Shown piece by piece: positions 49,045 to 59,343 of a stretch of DNA of 64,000 bases; within the stretch, counting starts at the first letter, position 1; every line of letters begins with the position of its first letter. The position numbers were made by a program, and so were the translations under genes. Under the pieces are notes generated by a model. The model was not told the DNA's origin, did no database searches, and worked only from the letters and a program-made list of their open reading frames with translations. The DNA is from Vulcanimicrobiota bacterium (lineage in GTDB: Bacteria; Vulcanimicrobiota; Vulcanimicrobiia; Vulcanimicrobiales; Vulcanimicrobiaceae): NCBI GenBank assembly GCA_963820825.1, contig CAWGBN010000005.1, positions 96,001-160,000 of the forward strand, in the 5' to 3' direction.

Positions 49045-50469
49045 ATGCCTTGTACGGCGACGATTCCCAACCTCACGGCTCGCGAGCAAGCGCAGCACCT
49101 TTATGAAGCGATACCGCCCGGCCTCTTCCGGGTTGAGAACGAAAACGACCGTATCGCCTGGCGCGTCAGCCCCGAGCCGTTCGCACTCTCGGCGAAAGAG
49201 GCGGAATCGATCGAAGCGCTCGGCACCGATCTTCTCGCCTTCTATCGAGCGCTCAACAATCTCTACAATCGCAGCGCGCGGGGAACCGCGCCCGGGTTCA
49301 TCGCCGAGTATCTCGATCGCGGCAAGCCCGAGCAGATCGTCAAGCTCGCGCGGCAGAATCGTTTCAAACAGGAACTTCCCGGAGTCATTCGTCCCGACCT
49401 GATCCTTACCGCGGACGGTTTCGTCGCGACCGAGCTCGACAGCATTCCGGGCGGAATGGGTTTCGTCGGCGCGATGAGCGAGGCGTACTGCCGGCTCGGC
49501 TTCGAGAGCCTTGGCGGCGAAAACGGCATTCCAGCCGGTTTTGCTGCGATGGTGCGTCACGTCTCCCGTTCCGAGTATCCAACCGTCGCGATCGTCGTCT
49601 CCGACGAATCGGCCGACTATCGCAACGAAATGGAGTGGCTCGCCGCGACGATGCGCCGCGAGCATCTCGCCGACGCCTGGTTGCGACGACCCGAGGAGAT
49701 CGTCTTCACCGAGGACGGCCTCTTCATCCGTCACGAGGACGGGCGCGAATCGCGGCTGGACGCGCTCTACCGCAACTTCGAGCTCTTCGATCTCTTCAAC
49801 GTTCCAAAGCAAGAGCTGATGCTCTATGCCGCCCGCCACAATCGCGTGAAGATGACGCCGCCGCCAAAGGCAACGCTCGAAGAGAAGCTCGCCTTCGCGC
49901 TCTTTCACCATTACGCGCTCGCGCCACTGTGGCGCGCCGAGCTCGGGAACGAACGCTTCGAACGCCTTGCGCAGCTCTTTCCCAAGACGTGGGTCATCGA
50001 TCCGCGTCCGCTCCCGCCGCAAGCGACGATCGCCGGACTCGAAGCCGGCGGAGTACCGGTCTCCGATTTCCGTGCGCTCATCACGCTTCCGAAGAGCGAG
50101 CGCAACTACGTGGTGAAGCCCTCCGGCTTCTCCGAACTCGCCTGGGGTTCGCGCGGAGTCAAGGTCGCCGACGATCTCACGCGCGACGAGTGGACCTCCG
50201 CAATCGAAACGGCGCTTGCGTCCTTCGATCGAACGCCGTGGATCCTCCAGCGATTTCATAAGGCGAAGCTGGTGCGTCAGCGCTATCTCGATCGCGAGCG
50301 CGACGAGATTCGCGAGTACGAAGGCCGCGTCAGGCTCTGTCCCTATTACTTCGTCACCGGGGAGGAGAGCGTTCGCCTCGGCGGCGTGCTCGCGACAATC
50401 GCGCCGGCCGATAAGCGGCTGATCCACGGAATGAACGACGCGGTGATGACGTCGTCGATCCGTGTCTAG
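49045..50469 (+). CDS. Putative ATP-grasp ligase (glutathionylspermidine synthase / circularly permuted type)
   Basis: IRPDLIL...ELDSIPGG, FPKTW, YVVKPSG...WGSRGV and WILQRF; GAGGAG RBS. Confidence 0.6.
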   Translation: MPCTATIPNLTAREQAQHLYEAIPPGLFRVENENDRIAWRVSPEPFALSAKEAESIEALGTDLLAFYRALNNLYNRSARGTAPGFIAEYLDRGKPEQIVKLARQNRFKQELPGVIRPDLILTADGFVATELDSIPGGMGFVGAMSEAYCRLGFESLGGENGIPAGFAAMVRHVSRSEYPTVAIVVSDESADYRNEMEWLAATMRREHLADAWLRRPEEIVFTEDGLFIRHEDGRESRLDALYRNFELFDLFNVPKQELMLYAARHNRVKMTPPPKATLEEKLAFALFHHYALAPLWRAELGNERFERLAQLFPKTWVIDPRPLPPQATIAGLEAGGVPVSDFRALITLPKSERNYVVKPSGFSELAWGSRGVKVADDLTRDEWTSAIETALASFDRTPWILQRFHKAKLVRQRYLDRERDEIREYEGRVRLCPYYFVTGEESVRLGGVLATIAPADKRLIHGMNDAVMTSSIRV

Positions 50470-51001
50470 CCTCGTCTTCTGTCGCCACGGCGCGACCGAG
50501 CACAATTTAACGAAGCGATTCCTCTCCGTGACCGATCTGCCGCTGGGTGCGCACGGACGCGCGCAGTGCGAATCGTTGCGCGAAGCGCTGCAGCCGTACG
50601 CGTTCGCGCGGTGCCTGGTCAGTCCGATGCGGCGCTGTTTGGAGACGCGCGAGATCGTCGCGCCCGCGCTTCCGTTCGCGATCGAGCCGGTGCTGCGCGA
50701 GGTCCATTTCGGGGCGTGGGAAGGCCGGACGCTCGATTGGGTCGAGCGAAATGATCCGGAGCTGCTCGCGCAGCGGCGGCGCGATCCCGTTCGCTTTCGT
50801 CCGCCCGGCGGGGAGAGTTTCGAGGACGCCGCGCAGCGGCTCGGCGAGCTTGCCGGTGAGTTACGGGATGGTGATGCGACGCTGGTGATCGGTCATCGCG
50901 TCGCGCTCGGTATCCTCGAGCGCCTCGTGCGTGGTCTGCCGCTCGATTCGCCCGATGTCGCCCCGCTCGAGCCGGCCGAGCTTAGGATCGTACGCGGGTA
51001 A
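50462..51001 (+). CDS. Histidine phosphatase family protein
   Basis: RHG, SPMRRC, LREVHFGAWEG, PGGES and IGH. Confidence 0.9.
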   Translation: MSSLVFCRHGATEHNLTKRFLSVTDLPLGAHGRAQCESLREALQPYAFARCLVSPMRRCLETREIVAPALPFAIEPVLREVHFGAWEGRTLDWVERNDPELLAQRRRDPVRFRPPGGESFEDAAQRLGELAGELRDGDATLVIGHRVALGILERLVRGLPLDSPDVAPLEPAELRIVRG

Positions 51002-51645
51002 GCACCGCGCTCTGCGACGGGACGATGATCTGGTCGGGAACGAACGTCGACGGGTCGTACCACACCGTCAAGGCGATCGGCTGATCGACCGAGAGCACCA
51101 CATCGGCGGAGGGGAGCCCCGACGGGCGCGCAGCGGCTGAGGCCGATCCGACGACGAGCTCTTGCCCTTGCGCGGTCGCCGGCGTAATCCAGGTCAGCGA
51201 GGATTCTTTCCACGCGGCGAGCTGCGCCGGGAGAACGAAAAGCCCGGCGAGCAACCCCGGCTCGATGATGACGAAGTGTCGCGTCTTCGCGGCGAGCGGC
51301 AGCTGCCGCGGCACGTTGCTCATCGCTCCGATAACGGTCGCCGACGATGGCGTCAAGGTAACGCTCACGGTGGGACTCTGCCCGCCCATCCGGTAGCTGC
51401 CGCTGTAGCTGACCGGCGCCAGATCGGGACCGAGGGCCAAAGACGCCGTCGCCGACATCTGCATCCCGGCAACGGAAGCCGACGACGCCTCATCGACTTG
51501 CGGGCCGCCGCCCTGATCTTTGACGCTGACGGACCAGCTCCCGATGTTCTGTCCGGCGAGCGAAGCCGTGTAGCGGTACTCCCCCGCGGCGGGAAAGCTC
51601 GCGCCCGCAGTAGCGGCGGCGAGCAGAATCGTGCAGAGCAGCGGA
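50982..51645 (-). CDS. Hypothetical exported protein
   Basis: Signal-like LLCTILLAAATAGA, then beta-rich sequence. Start uncertain. Confidence 0.55.
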
Positions 51646-51648
51646 ATA

Positions 51649-52797
51649 TTACACCAACACTTTCGAATTTGCGATCTTCGCGACCGTTTCGAGGAGAAGG
51701 TCGATTTCGCCGGTCGTGTTATATCCGTGCGGCGAGACACGCACGCCCCCGGCGCGATAGGTCGTCACGATATGCTCCTTCTCCAGCGCGCGTCCGAGCT
51801 CGATGCTGTCGCGGCCCGGTAATGCGAAGGTCACGATTCCCGACGAAATTCCCTCTCCGCGCGCCGTCGAGAGCTGGGCGCCGAGCTGCTGCAAACCTTC
51901 ACAAAGCCGGTCGGTAAGGGAGAGGACGTGCGCGGCGACCGCCTCCTTGCCGCTGCGCTCGAAGAGATCGATCGCGCAGACTAAGGAGAGCGCGCCAAGT
52001 AAGTTGGGCGTGCCGCATTCAAAGCGCGCCGCCTCGCGCGCGTACGGCTGCTCGTAGTTGTGGAAGTCCCAGATGTCTTCCATCGACCGCCATCCCGGCA
52101 TCGCCAGCTCCAGACGATCGCATAGGTGCGGGCTGAGGTAGAGCAGCGCAATACCATGCAGCGCTAGCAGCCACTTCGGTCCGCCAGCGAAGAGGGCGTC
52201 GACGCCGCTCCGTCCGACGTCGACCGGGAAGGCGCCCAGCCCTTGCATGGCATCGACGCAGAGCAACGCCCCGGCCTCGTGCGCGACGCCGGCAAGACTC
52301 TCGAGGTCGTGACGGTAGCCGTCGGCGTAGGAGACCCACGAGAGCGCGACCAGCCGGGTCTGCGGCGAGAGCTCGTGTTCGAGGACGTCGGGCGTGAGCC
52401 GGCGCTCGGCCGTCGGGATCAACCGCACCGCGACGCCGCGCCGGCGCAGGGCCGTCCACGCGACGGCGTTTGCCGGAAACTCGTTGTCGCAGAGCAGAAC
52501 CTCGTCGCCCGCCTTCCAATCGAGACCGGCGGCAATCGCCGCCGCCGCCGCACTCGTGTTGGTCAGGAGCGCGATTTGCGAGCCGGGCGCGCCGACGAAC
52601 CGGCCGATTCGCTCGCGATACTCCGGCAATCGAAGGTCGTACGGATAGGTTCCCCGGACGCCGCCCGATGCGTGCTCGCGTGCAAAGGTCTCAATCGCTG
52701 CAACGCTCGCACGCGGCAAGACGCCCGCCGAGGCGTGGTTGAGGTAGACGTAATGCTGAACTACTTCGAACTCGGAACGCGCGAGCGGCGTGCTCAC
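51649..52797 (-). CDS. Class V PLP aminotransferase family protein
   Basis: YLNHAS, VDAMQ, GPKWLL, RFECGT and RVSPHGYN; no obvious desulfurase Cys. Confidence 0.88.
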   Translation of the reverse strand: MSTPLARSEFEVVQHYVYLNHASAGVLPRASVAAIETFAREHASGGVRGTYPYDLRLPEYRERIGRFVGAPGSQIALLTNTSAAAAAIAAGLDWKAGDEVLLCDNEFPANAVAWTALRRRGVAVRLIPTAERRLTPDVLEHELSPQTRLVALSWVSYADGYRHDLESLAGVAHEAGALLCVDAMQGLGAFPVDVGRSGVDALFAGGPKWLLALHGIALLYLSPHLCDRLELAMPGWRSMEDIWDFHNYEQPYAREAARFECGTPNLLGALSLVCAIDLFERSGKEAVAAHVLSLTDRLCEGLQQLGAQLSTARGEGISSGIVTFALPGRDSIELGRALEKEHIVTTYRAGGVRVSPHGYNTTGEIDLLLETVAKIANSKVLV

Positions 52798-53450
52798 TCG
52801 GCGCCGATCATGTCCTTCGTGTGCCAGGCGATGTTGCCGGCTCGGTCGCCCACGCGTTCCAGCGAGGCGAGGACGAAGAGATACCGCGTTCCCGGCCGCA
52901 CGATCTCCGGATCGCTACGCATCTCCTCTTGAAGCAATTTGATGCTGCGCTTGTAGAGCTTGTCGACCTCGTCGTCGCGATCGATCACTTCGCTGGCCAG
53001 ACGAACGTCGCGCTCGGTGTAGGCGCGCATGGCGTCGAGCAGCATCGCGTGTGCGACGGCAGCGATCCGGTCGATTTCCACCCGCTGCGGGCGCATCGGT
53101 TGATCCGAGAGCTTGATCGCGTTCTTCGAGATATCGACGGCGTAGTCGCCCACGCGTTCGAGATCGGTTGCGATCTCGAGCATCGCCGCGATCTCCCGCA
53201 GCTCGCCGGCGACCGGCTGCTGACGCCAAATGAGCTCGATGCAGTGCGCGTCGATCCGGCGGCGTAGATCGTCGATGACGTCGTCGCCCGCGAGCACGCG
53301 CGCACCGGCCGCCGCATCGCGACTGTTGAGCGCATCCACGGCAACGCGAATCGCATCGCCGACGAGCGCTCCAAGGCGCACGACGTCGAGCCGCGTCGCT
53401 TCCAATGCCTCGTGATACGCCGTCCGAACTGCCACCGCCACCTCCAGCAA
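52794..53450 (-). CDS. phoU: Phosphate signalling protein PhoU
   Basis: QQPVAGELR, DLERVGD, DDEVD and LERVGD. Confidence 0.95.
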   Translation of the reverse strand: MLEVAVAVRTAYHEALEATRLDVVRLGALVGDAIRVAVDALNSRDAAAGARVLAGDDVIDDLRRRIDAHCIELIWRQQPVAGELREIAAMLEIATDLERVGDYAVDISKNAIKLSDQPMRPQRVEIDRIAAVAHAMLLDAMRAYTERDVRLASEVIDRDDEVDKLYKRSIKLLQEEMRSDPEIVRPGTRYLFVLASLERVGDRAGNIAWHTKDMIGAE

Positions 53451-53541
53451 GAAATTTCGTCACCAGTATAGGTCAAAGGGCACTTCCCTGCAACGCAACG
53501 CAGGAACCTGCGGCCTTTATCAAATCATAAGGTTCCCTATT

Positions 53542-54327
53542 ATGCCATTTGAAGATATTCTGGTCGCGATCGAAGCGCCGATCGCCGTCGTCACCTTTAA
53601 CCGGCCCAACGTGCTCAACGCCTTGCGAACTCGGCTTCTCAAGGAGGTCTCCGCCGCCCTTGCCGAGATCGAAGCCGACGAACGCGTTCGCTGCGTGATC
53701 GTCACCGGCGCCGGAGAGAAAGCCTTCGCCGCGGGCGCCGACATCGGCGAGCTCAACGCGCTTGCCTCGGCACATCACGGAGCGATGCAATCGCGGAGCG
53801 GACAGGCCCTCACCCGGCAGATCGAGCGAATGAGCAAGCCGGTAATCATGGCGGTCAACGGTTTTGCGCTCGGCGGCGGTTGCGAAATCGCGATGGCCGG
53901 CGACATCATCGTCGCCAGCGAAACGGCGAAGTTCGGCCAGCCCGAGGTGAATCTCGGATTGATCCCCGGTTACGGCGGCACCGTGCGTACGACGCGCCGC
54001 GTCGGTATCGGCATGGCGAGTTATCTCTGCCTGACCGGCGAGATCATCGACGCGCGCGAGGCGCTGCGGATCGGCCTCGTCGAGCGCGTCGTTCCGCCCT
54101 CTGAGTTGATGAACGAAGCGATGCGCATCGCGACGGTCATCGCGTCGAAGGCGCCGCTTGCGATCAGTGCGTGCAAGCGGGTCATCAACAACGGCGCGCA
54201 TCTCTCGATCGATAGCGCGCTCGAGCTCGAAGCGCTGGAGTTCGGCACGCTCGTCGACACCGACGACATCAAAGAAGGCACGAGCGCCTTTCTCGAAAAG
54301 CGCAAGCCCGTTTGGAAAGGCCGCTAG
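53542..54327 (+). CDS. Enoyl-CoA hydratase (crotonase)
   Basis: AFAAGADI, NGFALGGGCE, FGQPE...PGYGGT and AFLEKRKP. Confidence 0.94.
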   Translation: MPFEDILVAIEAPIAVVTFNRPNVLNALRTRLLKEVSAALAEIEADERVRCVIVTGAGEKAFAAGADIGELNALASAHHGAMQSRSGQALTRQIERMSKPVIMAVNGFALGGGCEIAMAGDIIVASETAKFGQPEVNLGLIPGYGGTVRTTRRVGIGMASYLCLTGEIIDAREALRIGLVERVVPPSELMNEAMRIATVIASKAPLAISACKRVINNGAHLSIDSALELEALEFGTLVDTDDIKEGTSAFLEKRKPVWKGR

Positions 54328-54389
54328 ACCGACGCTACAATTTCGATCGCGGAACGATTCCGAAGCTTCGCATTTTTGGAAACTCCGAA

Positions 54390-54918
54390 CTATAGACTGC
54401 GCGTACGCGTTGCTCATCGCCAGGCCGATTGCGGGATTAAGGCCCTGCCACTTCGCGCGGACCTTTCCGCTGGGATCGATGACTACGAGCGTTGGAAAGC
54501 CTTGGACGCCGAAGAGCGCGGGCGCGCTGCTCTGGGGATCGAGCGCCACGTTTGCCAGCGAGTAGCGCCGCGCAAATGCCGCCACGACGCCTCGCGGTTC
54601 GCCGACGTCGACCGGCACGACGACCGCTCCACGATGACCGCGCCACCACGATTCCACGAGCGGAAGCTCGATCTTACACGGCTCGCACCAGCTCGCGTAA
54701 AAATCCAGGAAGACGACGTGGCCGCGCTGGTCCGCGAGGCGAAAGGCTCCGCCGTCGAGAAGCGGATAGACCGCATGCGGCGCCGGATGGACCGGCGCGG
54801 CAAACGAGCGCGGCGCAATGAAGATCTTCCAGAGCGCAAAGCCGATCGCCAGCGCGGCGAGGAGATCCCAGAGGCGGCCAAAGTTGAGCGGACGCTTCTG
54901 CGATTCGCTACTCTGCAC
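54390..54918 (-). CDS. TlpA-family thiol-disulfide oxidoreductase; 3' end uncertain
   Basis: TM anchor, FYASWCEPCKIELP and GFPTLVVIDPSG. No in-frame stop where expected. Confidence 0.85.
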
Positions 54919-56112
54919 GGAAGAGCGCCGCAATCCCCTGACCGCCGCCGATGCACGCCGAGGCGATTCCATATCCGCCGCCGCGCGCACGTAACTCGTG
55001 CAGCGTGGTGATCGCGAGGCGCGCGCCAGAGGCGCCAAGCGGATGCCCGAGCGCGATCGCACCGCCGTGCGGGTTGAGTGGAGCGCCATTTGCATTCATC
55101 TCACGCAGACAGGCCAAGACTTGCGGCGCGAAGGCTTCGTTGATCTCCATTACCGCGAGGTCGTCCATGGCGACGCCGCCGCGCTCCAACGCTTGCGGAA
55201 TCGAAAAGGCCGGACCGATACCCATGATCGACGGATCGACGCCGACGACGCTGCCCGAGACCAGCCTGCCGATCCACGAGATACCGTCGGCTTTCGCGCG
55301 CTTGACCGTCGTCAAAACGACCGCGGCCGCGCCGTCGGTGATGCCGCTCGCGTTTCCCGGCGTCACGACTCCATCCTTAGCAAAGCGCGCCGGTAACTTG
55401 CCGAGCTTCTCCATCGTCAAGCCGTGACGCGGGCCCTCGTCTTTTTCGACGCGGGTCACGCTGCCTTTCGGTCCGGGAACTTCGACCGGAACGATCTCTT
55501 CGCCGAAATACCCGCTCTCTTGCGCGTCGAGCGCGCGCTCTTGACTGGCTAACGCAAACTCATCGCACGCTTCACGCGAGACGCCGTATTGTTTCGCGAG
55601 GTTCTCGGCCGTAATCGCCATCGACGTGTTGCCGTACGAATCGGTCAACGCAGTCCAGAGCGAATCTTCGAACGCAACGTTTTGACCGAGATGAAAGCCG
55701 TTGCGCGCGCCGCGCACGACGTGCGGCGATTGGCTCATATTCTCAGTTCCACCGGCGAGTGCGTATGTCGCGCTGCCGAGCGCGAGCGACTGTGCCGCCG
55801 AGAGGATCGCCTGCAGGCCCGAGCCGCAGAGCCGGTTGAGCGTGAGCGCGGGGACGCCGATCGGCAAGCCGGCGCGCAAACCGACGTGGCGCGCCAGAGT
55901 AGATTGCGTCGGCGCTGAGTCTGGATGACGTTGCCGAAGACGACTTCGTCGATGCGCTCGTTCGGCACGCCGCTGCGCGCGATGGCGGCTTCGGCTGCGG
56001 CAACGGCCAGATCGGTCGCGGTGAGATCGGCCAGCGCCCCGCCGAGGTTTCCGAAGGGCGTGCGGGCGCCGGCGACGATGACGATCTCGCTATCTTCGAG
56101 GGAAATGTTCAT
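54908..56112 (-). CDS. Thiolase (acetyl-CoA acyltransferase), frameshifts near 55880-55920
   Basis: ARTPFG, NRLCGSG, NEAFA, GHPLGASG and CIGGGQG. Confidence 0.93.
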
Positions 56113-56184
56113 ACAGCACCGGGTATTCCCCGCGCGACCCCGGTCCGGCAGGCACGGCCGCGCGCTTCCCTAAGACGCCCGCCT

Positions 56185-57138
56185 ATGCCGATCAATCGTC
56201 CCGCCGCGGTCGCGCTCGACGCCCGCTCGCTTCGCCCGCAACCAAGACCGATCAGATCCTCGAAGCGTTCGACAAGCTGCAAATCGGAACGGCGCTGGAA
56301 ATCAACGAGGAGACCGATCCGCGCGCGCTGCGCAACGAAATGACGCAGATACGCCCCGGACACTTCTCGTGGGATGCCCGCAATCTCGGCAGCAATCGTT
56401 GGACGATTCGGCTCGAGCGCATCGACGAGAATGCCGACGGCGAGACGCTTCTCTGCGCACGTGCACGGCGTTCACGGCGGCCAAGGGCAGAACCATCAAG
56501 GAGCTCGCCGCGCAGATGAGCGAGCGCAGCTACAAGTGCGGGCGACACGATCTTCGACGAAGGCGAGATGTGGCCGTATCTCGGCATCGTCAAGACCGGA
56601 AAAGTCATCTACACGCTGCTCTCGCCCGACGGTAAGACGCATACGATCGGCGAGCGGCTCACCCACGATACGCTCAACGAGAGCGGAACGTTCGACGGCG
56701 GTGGCGCGACCACGCGCGCGGAGGCGCTGACCGACGCAACGATCGTGACGCTTGCCGAGCGAAGCGGTGATTCACGCCGCGCGCAACGACGCCGAACTCG
56801 CGCTCGGATTCTTGATCGCGTCGTCGCAGGCTCGCCGGCGCTCGATCGACACCATCGCCGATCTTGCATTCGCGCACGTGCTGCAGCGCGTCGCGAAGTT
56901 CTTACTCGGCTACGCGCGCACGTCGGTCGGCATGACGCGCGGTCTTCCCGGCGTCGAGAATCTTTCGCAGGCGCAGATCGCCGCCGCCGCCGGCACCGTC
57001 CGCGACATGGCGGCGCGCGCGCTTACTGCGGTTAAAAAACGCCGGCGCCGTCGAGCTCGATCGCGGGCGCGTGCACGCGATCGATCGCGCACGGCTCGAG
57101 GCCTTCGCGCACAACGTCCAGGCGCCGCCCGTCTGTAG
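56185..57138 (+). CDS. Crp/Fnr family regulator with N-terminal DUF2249-like domain (several frameshifts)
   Basis: Stitched frames give LDARSL..ILEAFDKL..INEETDPRALR..FSW, a cNMP-like domain (IFDEGE, LGIVKTG, AEALTD) and an HTH (LSQAQIAAAAGTVRD). Confidence 0.75.
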
Positions 57139-57145
57139 CTCGCCC

Positions 57146-57218
57146 CTGTCATCCTGAGCGGCAGGCGCATGAGCGCTTCGGCTCGCTACGCTCGCCTCAG
57201 GAGCCTTCGCTCAGCATC
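57146..57218. repeat. REP-like palindromic element between convergent genes
   Basis: TGTCATCCTGAGCG...TTCGGCTCGCTACGCTCGCCTCAGGA...CGCTCAGCAT; CCTGAG pairs with CTCAGG. Confidence 0.55.
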
Positions 57219-57241
57219 GCACCACAGTTGCAGTCTGGCGG

Positions 57242-57657
57242 TTAGATTCGATAGACGTCGGCGGTGGCATTCGGATCGATCAGCGCGGGATGCACGCGCG
57301 GACCGCAGCACATGATCGCATCGCGTCCGATTTCGATCCTCATTCGCGAGACTTCACCGCCCTGCACGTCGTCGACGGCGCAGCCCACGACCTTGCCCGG
57401 GAGCTGCGCCATGACGATGTAGCGGCCCGGTTCGAGCGTGATGTCGCGGAAGAAACCGCGATCGTTCGTTTCGAGCGTCAGAATCGGTCGTCCCGTTCTC
57501 GATGATACGGCGCGCGATAGTACGTAGAGCGCGCATGCGTCGATCGGCTGCCCCGTCTTCGAGTCGACTACGTAGCCGGAAATTCCGCCGCCGATCTGTC
57601 GGCAAGCGCCGGAATAGCAAGCCTCGCGAGCGCGAGCATGATTGCTAGATTTTTCAT
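57242..57657 (-). CDS. Exported carboxypeptidase-regulatory-like domain protein (frameshifted)
   Basis: Signal MKNLAIMLALA, GGISGYVVDSKTGQPI and TNDRGFF...LEPGRY. Confidence 0.7.
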
Positions 57658-57675
57658 CGTCACCGGTATACCCAA

Positions 57676-58247
57676 TTAGGCGCCGGCTTCGACCGATTCG
57701 AGCGCGGCCGTCTCCTCGCCGGCCGTCTGCGAGTCGAAGGCCGCTCGCTTGCTTTTCGCGGCGGCGTCGGCAAGCGGTCGATCGCGGATGGCTTGGCGCG
57801 GGAGCTACGGGTCGAGCCAGCGATTCGCGACCTTTTCGGACCGCCCCGAGTGCGCCGGCGAGCCGGCCTTCCATCTCCGCGCAGGACCTGAGCGGCGTAC
57901 CGGTCGGCGCCTTCGCGGATCTTGCGCGCGCGCTCTTCGGCTTCGCGCAGCACGACGTCGGCGGTCGTGCGCGCGCGCTGGACGATCTCGTTCTGGTCGA
58001 CCAGCTCTTCGTGTTTGCTGGCCGCTTCGTCCACGATCGCCTGCGCCTTTTCCTGAGCCGCCCGCAGCACGCGGTCGTGATCCTCGCGATGATCTTCGCG
58101 CGCCCGACCTCCACCGGCAAGCGAGGCGCGAATCTTCTCGAGCAGCTCGATCAGGCGCTCTTCCGACAGGACCCGGTAACCCGCAGGCAGCCACGTTCCT
58201 TCGTGCACGTAGGCTTCGAGTTTATCCAGCACGCGATAGACCGACAT
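57676..58247 (-). CDS. Coiled-coil protein typical downstream of rsmD-coaD (DivIVA / ATPase-b-like), frameshifted
   Basis: MSVYRVLDKLE..LLEKIRASLP..AQEKAQAIV..IREGADRYA; GGAGG RBS. Confidence 0.7.
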
Positions 58248-58261
58248 TGCTACCTCCGTTG

Positions 58262-58781
58262 CAGAGTGGGATTCGTGTAATCCGGCGCGTTTGCGTGCCA
58301 TCAGCGGAGAACCGGTTCGGGAACGAGCGACGCGACGTCGCCGCCGAGAAAGAAGACCTCTTTGACGAGGCTCGAGCTGACGAACGAGTACTTCTGATCG
58401 GACATGAGGAAGAACGTATCGACCTCGGAGAGCGAGCGGTTCATCAGCGCCGCCGACATTTCGCTTTCGAAATCGGAAACGACTCGCAGGCCTTTGACGA
58501 TGACGTCGGCTTGCGCCGCCTTGACGTAATCGGCGAGCAGACCGCGAAAATGTTCGACGCGAGCGTTCGGAATGGCGGCGATGCATTCCTTGAGCATCGC
58601 GACGCGCTCGTCGAGCGAGAACATCGGCGTGCGCTTCTGCGGATTGACGACGATCGCGACGACGAGTTCGCCGAAGCACCTGCGCCGCTCGCTCGACGAC
58701 GTCGAGATGTCCGCAGGTCGGCGGATCGAAGGAACCGGGATAGATCGCGCGCGTGTTGCGCGACGGCTTACCGTTGGTCAA
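58262..58781 (-). CDS. coaD: Phosphopantetheine adenylyltransferase (frameshifted; 3' end approximate)
   Basis: AIYPGSFDPPTCGHLD, KGLRVVSDFE and VSSSLVKE. Confidence 0.92.
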
Positions 58782-59338
58782 GCCGGTGATTGCGGCGCCA
58801 AGAAGGCGAGCGCGACATCGCCGTAGACTTCTTCGCGCACCGAGCGATACCCCGGTATCTCCGGGAGGATCGTTCGTGCCGCATGCTCGTAGACGACGAG
58901 CGCGTCCGGCGCGAGCAGCCCGCGCTCGCGCAGCAGCGCGAAGAGCTGGATCGGAAGCGGGATCGGCGTACGGCGGATCGAGATAGACGATGTCGAACGG
59001 GCCCTCGCAGTCGATAGAGCGCGCGCTCTGCCGGCGCTGGAAAAACGGTGACGACGTCGTCGACGCCGAGATTCTGCGCGCGGCCTCCTCGATCGCCGCC
59101 GCCGTCTCGCGGTGCGATTCGACCGAGACGACTCGCGCGGCTCCGCGCGACGCCGCCTCGAAGCCGATCGCTCCGGTGCCGGCAAAGAGATCGAGGACGC
59201 GCGCGCCTTCGAGTCGGTCAGCGAGAATCGAGAAGAGCGACTCTTTGACGCGGCCCGGGCGTCGGCCGCACGTTCGTACCCTTGGGCGACGCAGCTTCCG
59301 GCTCCCCAGCGATCCGCCGGTGATGCTGCGGCGCACAT
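58778..59338 (-). CDS. rsmD: 16S rRNA m2G966 methyltransferase (frameshifted)
   Basis: ITGG..GSRKL, VKESLF, LDLFAGTGAIGFEAASRGA and DPPY. Confidence 0.92.
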   Translation of the reverse strand: MCAAASPADRWGAGSCVAQGYERAADARAASKSRSSRFSLTDSKARASSISLPAPERSASRRRRAEPRESSRSNRTARRRRRSRRPRAESRRRRRRHRFSSAGRARALSTARARSTSSISIRRTPIPLPIQLFALLRERGLLAPDALVVYEHAARTILPEIPGYRSVREEVYGDVALAFLAPQSPA

Positions 59339-59343
59339 CGTGG

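Noticed and set aside
53502..53536. GGAACCT...AGGTTCC inverted repeat between phoU and crotonase
   Set aside because: The 7-bp arms with a long spacer could arise by chance, and I saw no Pho-box pattern.
53473..55095. 540-aa minus-strand ORF covering TlpA and the whole antisense of crotonase
   Set aside because: TlpA similarity ends near 54400, where an out-of-frame TAG lies. The rest is antisense shadow, probably from an indel or a lost stop.
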